A stretch of 64,000 nt of DNA from Octopus sinensis (Eukaryota), in contig NC_043011.1 of NCBI RefSeq assembly GCF_006345805.1, positions 28,346,464-28,410,463 on the forward strand. Direction: 5' to 3'. Shown in pieces: positions 52,582-64,000 of this stretch. Positions within the stretch are counted from its first letter, which is position 1. Each line of letters opens with the position of its first letter. A model generated the notes under the pieces. The model had not been told where the DNA came from and searched no databases. It was given only the letters and a program-made list of their open reading frames with translations. The translations under genes were made by a program, and so were the position numbers.

Positions 52582-52920
52582 ATTAGAGACAAAACCACTA
52601 TTATGCAAATCAAACAAAGAAAGACTTAAGCCAATACATAAAATAATTTATATAATTAAAAATATTGATTATATTTTAGGTTTTGAAACCACCTGAAGAA
52701 TGTCTCATAGAAGTGCTGACACGAAACGATCGTAGTGGTTATTTTAATTAAATTTAATTATATAAATTATTTTATGTATTGGCTTAAGTCTTTCTTTGTT
52801 TGATTTGCATAATAGTGGTTTTGTCTCTAATTTAATATAATATAATATTTTACTATAAAATTGGATTCAATCCTAAATCTGATTTTTCCCTGTAAATTTG
52901 GATTTATTCCCTAATATTTA
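52575..52920 (+). mobile_element. Solo PLE pseudo-LTR with inverted 5' copy (foldback)
   Basis: Arms ~52576-52660 and ~52753-52837 are reverse complements; same family as 701-916 and 2475-2614; within (TA)n. Confidence 0.8.
52687..52740 (+). ncRNA. Minimal type I hammerhead ribozyme
   Basis: aaccac CTGAAGA a tgtc tcatagaagtgct gaca c GAAA c gatc g TA gtggtt. 6-bp stem I, palindromic ACGATCGT, GUA. Confidence 0.82.
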
Positions 52921-52921
52921 T

Positions 52922-52959
<38 letters not shown>

Positions 52960-52971
52960 ATATAATATATA

Positions 52972-53007
<36 letters not shown>

Positions 53008-53854
53008 TTATGTATCTATATTTGACGTGACTTCACTGAGTTCCTGTCGACCAAATTCACTTAAAAGGCATTGGTCGACCCATGGTTATATTAGAAGATA
53101 CCTAACAAAACTGCCGCACAGTGGCACAGTTCAAATGAATCCGAAACTATGTGACGCAAAGCGAACTTCTTGAACACGCGGTGACTGTGCTTTTCAAATT
53201 ATATTCTGGTTTCTAAAAAATATGGTGACGTTAGATAGTAAGCTCTGGTGTGTAGCATATCTGCGAAAATCGGTGAAGTAGTCAGTCTTCCATTGTCTTT
53301 TATTATATTTCTGCTTAATAAGGAATGACATATGGCGAAGCAGCAATATCTACCTGTGTTGGTTCTCAGTCTGACCAAAACATCGCTCAGGGCTACCATT
53401 ATTCAAACCTACAATTATATGGTATTTTCAACGATATTAATGACAGAATCAAGTTTGCGTAAGGAAAGGAAAATCAAATATTGAAATGCATTCATTGTCA
53501 GCCATCTCATCAAGCAACACTCACTAAATTACTTCCAGATTCACTAAAGAAGAATTGATATCCGTCACTCATATTCTGACATTTTATGCAAATACATATT
53601 ATCATGGATGTAGGTTATAATTTGCTTGTTAGGATAATAAAAATAATATAATTGCAATTTACACAGCAATCACTGATATATAACTGAAAATGAATTATTT
53701 GAACCTTTAGGCAATCTGTATATATGTATATGCACATATGTATGTGTATATGTATATACATACAAACATACATACACACACACACACATATATATATATG
53801 TATGTATGTATGTATATGTATGTATATGTATGTATATGTATGTATATATATATG

Positions 53855-53902
<48 letters not shown>

Positions 53903-55859
53903 TAAAAACTAATGACTTTGGTCGTGTGGTATAATACAAATTTTCGGACGCTAAACGATTTGTCAGTTATTAGCATTTCTCAATTCTGTATAAAGCAAAG
54001 AAAAGCCAAATTTACAACTTTAAATATGTTTGCTTTAAATACACTTTCCTCGGGGAAGCTTTAATTTTTAATTCAAATTATTTTTAAACAATATTATTTC
54101 AATTAGTGGTTCATGAATTGCAGTTATATTCTATTATTTCTTTAAAAATATTTAAATTAAGAAATTACTAGAGGCATTTATAAAAACAATAAACAAAATA
54201 TCGGTGTTTAAAATGCTATGGCTGTATTTTCTGTTGCTTTTGTCTTATGTGTTCCTTGTTGTATTGGTTATGAAACTTAATTTATCCAACTTGCGCAAAA
54301 ATGAATATGATTATTGTTAAGAAAGGAAAAAACGTCATGTAAAGCTGTAAATATCCAAGTCGATATGATACGGAATGTTATCCAAACAAGTGTTCATTGG
54401 ATTTTAAGCTCACAGCGACGTTTTACTCTATCCATTACATAGTCAATGCTGCAGTCTAGGTGTATGGAAACCTCGTTCAAAGCTGTAAATTGAAACAGCA
54501 AAATACAATTGAAGATCGTATTCTAATTCGAAGAATTCAACTTCTTGGGAAAATTATATCTATTCACTAATGTTCTTGTCTTTTACTTTTTTCGTTATTG
54601 TACGCGGAGATTAAATCTATCCTCAGATTTACGCAAGAGCCATGATTCAGTGCGATCCCTGAGGCTTCTGGAAGTGCATAATAAAATTACCTTTCCATTG
54701 AAAATTTAAGATTTCAAGGGAGTTAGAGACGACATTAACATGAATAGATACTTAAAGGCAACTGAATTCAAACGACAACTCTGCTGACAATAGCTTGCTA
54801 TTTAATTGGTAGTACATTTTCTCATTTAGAATAAATAGATGCCCCGTGTTAGTATTTAAACTCTCGAGAACGGTAGATTATCTGAATCGTTAGAGCGTTG
54901 GAAAATACTTGTGATATTTATTCAGGTTCTTAATGTTCTGAGCTTAAATTCCTCCAAGGTCAACTCATCCTTTCATGTTTTCGAGATCAATAAAATAAAA
55001 TACCAGTTAAATACTAGGGACGATTTATTCGAAAATCTCCTCCTCGAATATTGCTAATCTTGAGCCCATGTTAGAAATTGTTATAGAGGATGATAGAGGA
55101 TCGTTATAGCTCCGGATGCTTATGAGATAAAAAAAAACTAAAGTCAACTTGGCCTTTCATAAATCCGGGGTCGATACAATAAAGTACGTTTCAAAACCTG
55201 AAATCGATTTGATCGGCTAATACCTCTCTATAAATTATTAGCGTAGTGTCTGAATCAGAAATTATGAAAGGTAGACCGGTGATAGATATAATTCATTGTT
55301 GTATCCACTCCCATGTACATTCTGAGTTGAGATATCATAAAGGTCAATTAGGCGTTTCATTATATACGTGCCAATAAAATAAAGTGCCTCTCAATTACTC
55401 TTCGTCGATAGAACAGACTACTTCCATACCATCAAAATTGCTAGTATTGTACCTAAATTAGAAATTATTATCGACACTGTTACGAATTGGAGTTGCTTGT
55501 ACCATTTAGCAATAACATCTGTCATTTCTATGTTGGTATATTTTCTACTTGAATATTTATATCTGCATGCTATAAACTACAAGGTTTCAAACTGACAAAG
55601 CAAGATGGATTGCAACTGATAAACTGTATGCGTAGTATCCGAGCGCGATGTTTAGCATCAAGTAGGACAGAATAATTCGTTCGTTTATTCGGTGATTCAT
55701 ATAAATAATGTGAGGGGAATGAAAGCTGCCAACCACTGAATCACATCCAGCGACATCTAGCAAATGTTTAATTCTTTATTTTTCTCTGATTTAAACAAAT
55801 AAAAATACAACTAAATAATGTATGTAGTTACTCGACCATCATAGGTCTACAGGATAACG

Positions 55860-56076
55860 TGTAGGCACAAGGCCTGAAATTTGGTGTGGCGGGGGAGCTA
55901 ATCGATTACACCAATCCCAGTGCTCGACTGTTACTTATTTTATAACTTCCAAAAGGTTAAAAAGCAAAGTACACATCGGTGGATTTTTTTTTAAATCAGT
56001 GCGAAAAGACGGATGAAACGTTGCTAAGCATTTCGTCCGGTCCAGCGTGCTAATGGTCCTTCCAGCTCGTCATCTT
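55860..56076 (-). mobile_element. SINE family C, degenerate
   Basis: TAGGCACAAGGCCTGAAATTT tail and core, as in 63885-64000 and 45060-45273. Confidence 0.65.
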
Positions 56077-56859
56077 AACAGCAAAAACAATAACAGCACT
56101 ATTGAAAGATACAAAATGAAACAGCAAATACTTAAAATATACAGGACAATTCAAATTCTGGATATAAATGAAATGGTTAGTTGAACTTCTTAATGAGTGT
56201 CCCTCTCTCTCCCCTTCTCTCTATTCTTATATAACACCTGCTCCCTTCTCACAGCAGCTTTAATCCACCTCCCCACTGCCTTTATGACACGCCTAATCCC
56301 ATCCGACGTTGAGTGTCACGCTTCAGATTTTCAAGGTTTGCTGGCCATACTGTACTCCGTTCCACTCCAGAGAGTTGGATATGGTATGGTCTGATAAAAG
56401 GAGAGGATTACTAAATGATTGACCCTTTTTAGGACACTGAACACTCTTTCATTTTTGTGATAACATTTTTCTCATATATATATATACATGTGTGTGTGTG
56501 TTTGTACATAGGCGCAGGCGTAGCTTTGTGGTTAGAAAGCTCAATTTGCAACTACGTGGTCCCGAGTTCAGTCTCGCATAATTATGGGTTTCCACAGATT
56601 TTTCAAACTAAACTTAGTTCGTGGAGCCGTAAATTTCTAAGATCATATGCATATATTTATTTTTCTGTGAATCATGTGATGGCGTGAATATATGCTATGC
56701 ACAAGTATCTTTGTAGTAAGGGAATCCAGCATAAGTTCATAGGAGTACAATGTCCTTCATGCATGAAGTACATATAAAGCATAATGTGTGTACAAACAAT
56801 GTCCAAACATTTATCCAGGTTGGAGGAGTGACACAGTGGGTCGGTGTCATGTTTGTAAT

Positions 56860-57500
56860 TTCGAAGCATAAATTGTTACTTTTGCATGCAAGGGGAGATG
56901 TTTCCCTAATATTTTAAACGCTTCCTATTGATGTCATGATATTTAGTTTCTCCATAATGCAGAGTTCACATTTGCTGACCCGTCCCCTATATTTCCTGGC
57001 CTTAGCTATGATGCTCCAATTTATATGGGGGATAAAGATATTGTGTATCTTGCGTTTTTTTTAATTTGCAGAGCTGAGCTCAGATTCATCTCTAATCAGG
57101 AACCCTCCAAACGTCTCCCAACCTTCTAGAAGTAAAAACCAAATCTCTGAATGAAGTCAAATGCCGCATATTTCTCCTCCGTGACGGCATTTCATGTCTT
57201 TCCATGAAATTCTTTGTTGTTCCATTCAAATCTGTAATGCTGGCCTTGTACGCTAATTCATTTTCAGGCACTATTGTTCAAGAGGCAGCAATCTGGTGAT
57301 CTACAATTACAGGGTTTGTGGGGGATATTCCTAATGTTGTTATTTTTATTGTGGTTGAAAATCATTGATCCTATGATGTGGAGGCAATTATAGCTAATAA
57401 TGATCGTATTTATATTGAACATTTTGCTGTATTTATGTGACTGATGGCATTTGTGAACTTCAGGAATATTTTAGCTACAAAAAATTGCAGAGAATGTATT
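56860..57500 (-). mobile_element. PLE linker plus GIY-YIG relic
   Basis: Minus translation HKYSKMFNINTIIISYNCL..NHNK..PCNCRSPDCC..YKASIT..HLTSFR..WSII..KCELCIMEKLNI. Confidence 0.75.
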
Positions 57501-58553
57501 AAAATATATACATGAACAAAAGTGTAAGAAAATAATTAGATATATTACATATCATTTACATGCTAAAGGGATTTATGAAAGACCCAACATATTGAAACGA
57601 AAAATGATCATGCATTCATCTGCATTCTCACAATTAAAATAACATTAGTTTCCGATTTAAAATGTAGTGATTTCTTTTTCAGTTGCGCATACTTCACCAA
57701 ATAACATGCACCCGGTATTTTGAGTTCATCTTGCCTGTTCTAATTTCGTTTGGTACTAATCGAGTCATATTATATCATTATCAAATTTTATTAACTCGGA
57801 GTTAGTTACACCAGAGCGATTTCCTCTCCAGGAAGGAGGATATTCTATACCTACATATAAATCAACAAATTAATTCAGTCACAATACTGATATTTAACAG
57901 GCTTCGACTTTATAAATACTGACCAACCCTAGTATAGAAATGGAACTCATTTGTATCAACCCCAGAAGATTGAAATCAAAGTTAACGTGGATGGCATTTG
58001 TACTCTGAACGTAGATGTATTTAACTCAGACTTGAAATGATTTAGTTAGATATTCTATAGCTTTGAAAACTTCATATCAGCAATAACAATGCGTTCTAAC
58101 CTATATACATGACCACAAAATTGAAAGAGAAATATAATTCATAATATCGACTCAAGTACAGAATAGGAAAGTGTTAGTCGAGTCCATTGGAATCTGAACT
58201 CAGAAAGTACAGAGAAAATTTCGATATCCCACATGGTATTATATTTGTCTTTGTAATGTTTCTACTGTGGCCTGGTGGTTAGTTTCATTGTTTATATTCG
58301 TGAGATCAATTCCGAGATTTGACAGTTTGTTGTGTATCGATCATGCACACCATTTTACGTTGTATCTGTTTATGAAGCTGAGTTCTGCTGCAGTCCTCTC
58401 TTTCTTCAACCACCGCAGTTTGGATGTTCAACTGAGTCAAGGATGAGGGACCCAAAAGAATGATTATGTCAACTCACAACTATAGCGGTATCTAAAATTA
58501 AAATCTAATTCGCAAAAGCATAGTTCCTGTTTTATACATATACTATCTGCCTG

Positions 58554-58630
<77 letters not shown>

Positions 58631-59973
58631 TGTGTGTATGTATGTATTATGTATATACACACACTACTTTCCTCTCTATTAACTATCTATCTATTTATCT
58701 ATCTATCTATATGTATATATGTATATATATATATATGGGTGTATATATATATATGAAAAACTGTGTATCCATATTTTCGATCGGGAACAGCAGCTTTTGC
58801 TTTTCATCTAATTCGCATCTCAGCACTTTTAATATTTACATATCTCTGGTATCTCTACTCTCACCATCAAATCTATAAATGCCTTGTTCTATACTTTTTC
58901 TGCCTCCATTTTTTTTTGTTTTTATTCTATGTTTTGCTCCGATTCATCATTTCTCCATACACATGTTGCTTGCTAAAATATGATAGCAACATGTAGTACT
59001 GTTTAATTCTGGCGGCTATTTCTTTACATTCTGCCTTGCTTTAAACGTATTGCTATTATTTTTAATTTTCCATTTCCTAATTAACCTTTTTGCTAACATT
59101 TAAAATCATATTTGTTCAATTTTTCCTTTAGCATCGAATCCCTGATATTTATTTCATTATGTCATTGAAAGCTTTCTTACTTCCGTGGTTGTCTCCTTTC
59201 CTTTTCCTTATCATCTGCTTCCATTGCTCTGCTGCTGCTCTGAGAAGTTCAACATTGCCATTTTATCTCTATCATACTGATAGAAATTCTTACCTCCGCA
59301 CATCGCACATCCGCCTCCCATTTCTCTCTTCCATTCTTTGCATTTCCATTCTTTCTCGTTTTCTATATCTTCCAATTTTCAAACACCTATACGATCAATT
59401 TCTCTTCTCGCTTGTTCTCGCTTATAACGTTTTTATCTTTCTTTCTCCTCTAATACTATTAATTCTTCTTTCTTTTCTGTCCTCTCTTTCGTTTTTATTC
59501 TCAATCTGTTAAACATTTCTTCATAAACAAACTTTTGAAAAATAAAATATGTTGGCTGATAACAGACACGTTGCTTTCCTTCATGACTTGCGCAGCACTT
59601 TTATATTTACTATTGCCGTTTCTTTACAATCTCCCTTTAGTTGTTTCTTTCCATATCTTTGTAAACCTCGTTGTTTATATTACGATATCAATTGCCACTC
59701 AAATGAAACATCATTCACATTTGCAAATCTGTTACATTTTATTTTTACTATACAAATACATTTCTTGCTGTGATTCGATCTCTTATATTTCCTTTAACTT
59801 ACAGTTCTGTATTTTACTATTCTTACTGAAGCTTCTATCACAAGATCCACAAGATCCTGTACTGCCAAGCGAAAGTTTGCTTTTCGGTCAGTAGAAATAT
59901 ATTGATTGTAATAACAGTGACTTCAAAGTAAATCTGAGATACAACTTGGTGCACCTTGAGTAGAATGCTACAA

Positions 59974-60126
59974 GGCGTAGGAGTGGTTGTGTGGTAAGTA
60001 GCTTGCTTACCAACCACGTGGTTCCGGGTTCAGTCCCACTTCGTGGCACCTTGGGCAAGTGTCTTCTACTATAGAGTCGGGCCGACCAAAGCCTTGTGAG
60101 TGGATTTGGTAGACGGAAACTGAAAG
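59974..60126 (+). mobile_element. SINE family A, 5' half (close to consensus)
   Basis: GGCGTAGGAGTGGTTGTGTGGTAAGTAGC..GGGTTCAGTCCCAC..GTGAGTGGATTTGGTAGACGGAAACTGAAAG. Confidence 0.85.
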
Positions 60127-60849
60127 TCTCCTATGGTGTGCGTCCTTTCAAATACAAAAACCGGATCACTGCTCAACACTCAACAGGCCCCATTTCACAC
60201 TTGACTCAGTTCAGACACATGTAAATCAGAAACCACAGAGCTGTAATTTACCACTTAATCTATAGAGATATAAATAATTGCACATGCAAACTTTCAGCTA
60301 GATCAAACAACTGCAAGTGGGTCAGAGGCATTACTTATTGAACGTCCCTCGTATCAATGCAAGATAAATCATCTCTTATACGCACATCGCCCCGATAGCA
60401 AAAACATTCATATCGAAGGTGTTTCTCCAAACTTTAACATTATTACCTTACGTATAGGTTGATGTGCGATAAAGCAGTATTTTCTCCCTCAAATGTTATA
60501 CCCAAGTGTAGCAACAAAGCTGATGCTGGCGCTTCTAGGGAAAAGTGATGTATACAAATCCGTAGACACAACAGTGGATCGAGAAAAAGTACTTCATTAT
60601 TAAGAAGAATCTTCAGATCTACTGCCACAGACTTGTTGCTTCTGAAATTTTTTGGTGTTACTTACCATTGTATGCCTATAAGATATATTATCATATTATC
60701 TCAAGACGAATACTGCAATTAATTAGGCTCCCTGTAATGTATCTGCATCAAGTATGATACATAGATTGCTATTTTAATCTAATTCTACTAATGTGTGTGT
60801 GTTTCATATATTATATATAAAGAATATATCTATATATATGTGTGTGTGA

Positions 60850-60975
60850 GTGTGTGTGTGAGGAGTATGTAAGCACGAGGGTGTGTGTGAGGAGTGTGTA
60901 AGCGCGAGGGTGTGTGTGAGGAGTGTGTAAGCGCGAGGGTGTGTGTGAGGAGTGTGTAAGCGCGAGGGTGTGTGT
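60850..60975. repeat. ~29-bp minisatellite, 4 copies
   Basis: Unit GTGTGTGAGGAGTGTGTAAGCGCGAGGGT. Confidence 0.85.
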
Positions 60976-61013
60976 GCATGTATGCGTGTGTGCGCGTCTG
61001 TGTGTGTATGAGA

Positions 61014-61056
<43 letters not shown>

Positions 61057-62162
61057 TGATAAGCCTGCCGTTTGAAAGTTGTGTTAGCTTCAATACTCCT
61101 TACTGCTAAAAACAAAGTTTCGACCTGTATCCAATATCCATGAAAAAAAAGATGTTGCCTCGATGAAAGTTTTTATTATTTATTGGATATCGATCAAAAA
61201 CGCAGCTTAATAATAATATATTCATTTCAATTTTATATTAAAGCATTTCTTTAACCATCACCTCTCAACTATGATGTCACAAACTTTTAAACGAAGGCGT
61301 TATGATCACAGTTACATCTGATAATGCCATTGTAATTTCCATTGGTTTTCGTGCTTAGCACAATGTCAGTGTTAATTGAGATAACCTATGATTGAAGAAA
61401 TCCCCATCTCGCTTTTTTATTCAGTCCTAGCATATTCAACGTAGCAATAATCAATGATTCTTTTATTTTACTTAAGAGAATACGATGTAATTTGCAGGAG
61501 ATTTGGTTTCTAATTCTAGAAACCCGAAAGATGTTTAGATGCCTCTCGATAAGAGACAAATCTAAGCTCAGCACCGCAAATTACAAAATAAATTATTGTA
61601 AAGTAGTCATAATTAATTATATTTTAAGAATAGCAAAAATACCTCACATAACTAATCAGTGCTTCCACGTATATTCTATTTACAATCAGGTAGATGAAAA
61701 TATGCTAAGGTAAGTAAATATTGGCTACAGAACGAACTTGAGACATTAATCATCGAAGCCATAAGTAAGGCTATATATATGAAATCTTACCTTCCTCATC
61801 GTACCATGGTTAATAACACCAAGCGGTGATTGATATACGCAATGATATATTTCGTATGGCCCACTATTTAACATATCTGTTTACATACTCAAAATTGTTA
61901 ATGTTCATGTCTTTATTCTACAGGAAAATTAAAAATATAAAAAGTCAATATTTAGAAAGGAACTAGAAATGGTAGGTATACGATATAATTCTATGTATTT
62001 GCCTTTAGACGCGGTATTTACACACACACACACACACTGATATATAGGTGCAGGCATGGCTATATGGTAAAAAGCTTGCTTCCCAACCACATGGTTCTGG
62101 TTGCAATGTCACTGTGTAGCACCTTGCGACCAAAGCCTTTCAGTGGATTTCGTCGAAATATA

Positions 62163-62219
62163 GATATTTCAAAATCATGATGCTATGATGCTAGGTGTTT
62201 CCATTATTTTGCCCAACCC

Positions 62220-62222
<3 letters not shown>
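62163..62222 (-). mobile_element. Isolated Tc1-type terminal repeat
   Basis: Reverse complement TA|CAGGGGTTGGGCAAAATAATGGAAACACC at the edge of (TA)n. Confidence 0.6.
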
Positions 62223-62299
<77 letters not shown>

Positions 62300-62354
62300 T
62301 ATATATGTATATATGTATATATATATACATATATATATATATATGTATGTATGA

Positions 62355-62410
<56 letters not shown>

Positions 62411-62435
62411 GTATGTATGTATGTATATATATGTG

Positions 62436-62519
<84 letters not shown>

Positions 62520-62521
<2 letters not shown>

Positions 62522-62670
62522 CTCCGTCTTCCCTTCCCTGGGCTTTTTCTATATTTCTGATGAAGAGCTCCTCTCAAAACGTGATATCCTCTTTCTTTTA
62601 TTTCCTTTCTTGAGCGTCCAATAACACCGTACTGTTGTTTTTTCTTGCTTGTTCATGTTTGGATTGTTTG
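62520..62670 (+). mobile_element. PLE terminal fragment with degenerate HHR (62552-62623)
   Basis: tatt t CTGATGA a gagc..ctc AAAAC gt...gcGTC c aata; G12 mutated; T-rich tail into (TA)n. Confidence 0.55.
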
Positions 62671-62711
62671 TATATATATATATATATGTATATACATATA
62701 TAATATATATA

Positions 62712-62776
<65 letters not shown>

Positions 62777-63116
62777 GTATATGTATATATATGTATGTAT
62801 ATATATATATACATATACATATACATATATATATACATGATGGACTCTTCCGTCGAAATAGCGTATGGAAGTTCAGCTTTTGCCGAACTACCTATACATG
62901 TGATTAGTCTATAGTGAGGAAATTTTCGTGCCGCACATTAATCCACTCTCTTCATTAAAGCGGCGTTGCATGAACAGGCGCACTGTGTACCACATATCAG
63001 GTGTCGAAGTGATTGCAGAGCAAAGTATATATATATATTATATATATATATATAGATATATATATATATATATACAAAATTTAGAGGACTGACCACTATT
63101 ATTATTATTATTATTA

Positions 63117-63151
<35 letters not shown>

Positions 63152-63245
63152 TATTATTATTATTATTATTATTTATTAATAATTATAATAATAATAATAA
63201 TAATAATAATGATGATGATGATGATAATTACAACAGTATCAACAC

Positions 63246-63590
63246 CAGCCTTGTGAGTGCATTTGGTAGGCCGAAACTGAAAGAAGCCTGTTGTATCTGT
63301 GTATGTGGGTGTCTGTGTGTGCGTGTGTGTGTTCGTGTGCGTGTGTTTTTAAGTGCGTGTGTGTTTGTGTAGGCGAGTGTCTGTGCTTCTTTGTGCCTGT
63401 GTTTCTCCTCCACCACCACTTGATAACCGGTATTGGTATGTTTACGTCCTCGTAACTTAGCCGTTCGGCAACACTTTCCGATAGAATACGTTCCATGCTT
63501 CTAAAAATTTATCACTTGGATAGATTCGTCCGTCTAAAATTCATCAAACTGGTGCTCCAGCATGGCTACATCCATAGGACTGAAACAATT
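63246..63590 (+). mobile_element. SINE family A, headless
   Basis: GCCTTGTGAGTG..GAAACTGAAAGAAGCC..TTTACGTCCTCGTAACTTAGC..GGTGCTCCAGCATGG..GACTGAAACA. Confidence 0.75.
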
Positions 63591-63884
63591 AACACTTAAT
63601 GGATTAAGCCTTATCGCCATAAATATCGTTGATGTCATTATCATTATCACTAAATCAACATCATCATGTCTACCATAATCATCATTATCAGTAGCATCCT
63701 TATCAACCTCAATATGATCACCATCATTATCATCATCGTCAGTGTCATCATCATTGGCAGCAGCATCCTCGTCGCTGTCGTTGACGTCATCATGATCATG
63801 ACTGCCATCGATGTCATCTTCATCATGATCATCATGATCATTACTCTCACTCTAAACATAACGATTATCATAATAATCCTTTCT

Positions 63885-64000
63885 ACCGTAGGCACAAAGC
63901 CCGAAATTTGGGGGAGGTGAATAGTCGATTATATAGACCCCAGTACTCAACTGGTACTTAATTTATCGACCCCGAAAGGATGAAAGGTAAAGTGGACTTC
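63885..64000 (-). mobile_element. SINE family C tail/core (runs off the window)
   Basis: TAGGCACAAAGCCCGAAATTT..ACTGGTACTTAATTTATCGACCCCGAAAGGATGAAAGG. Confidence 0.8.

Noticed and set aside
60443-61876. Minus-strand exon candidates (donors near 60665 and 61790)
   Set aside because: Weak acceptors, an implausible 25-nt intron, and no recognisable peptide.
63630-63880. Met/Ile-rich ORFs
   Set aside because: Degenerate (CAT)n low-complexity repeat.

Overview
AT-rich, microsatellite-dense eukaryotic DNA with (TA)n, (CA)n, (TACA)n, (TAA)n and (GA)n tracts. From my recollection of the SINE families it is most likely a coleoid cephalopod (Octopus-like); this is an inference. Almost all ORF-track entries are microsatellite artefacts. 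The window is a mosaic of transposable elements: a full-length IR-DR Tc1 (DD34E, two stops); mariner, Tc1, Tigger and hAT relics; Helitrons (one with both termini and a Pif1 helicase fragment); a piggyBac MITE; R4/Dong-type and RTE LINE fragments; many tRNA-derived SINEs; and many Penelope-like element (PLE) pieces. The PLE termini carry hammerhead ribozyme (HHR) motifs, three of them with intact cores and palindromic stem III plus several variant or degenerate ones. The most unusual signal is in a ~853-bp tandem repeat (8745-10590): each unit has all three hammerhead core strands with matching stems, but in a reversed linear order that fits none of types I/II/III. Host-gene signal is sparse: one clean in-frame exon (+, 21151-21234) and a TATA+Inr promoter with a spliced first exon (-, ~39256-39020). 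All calls were made by eye without database searches.
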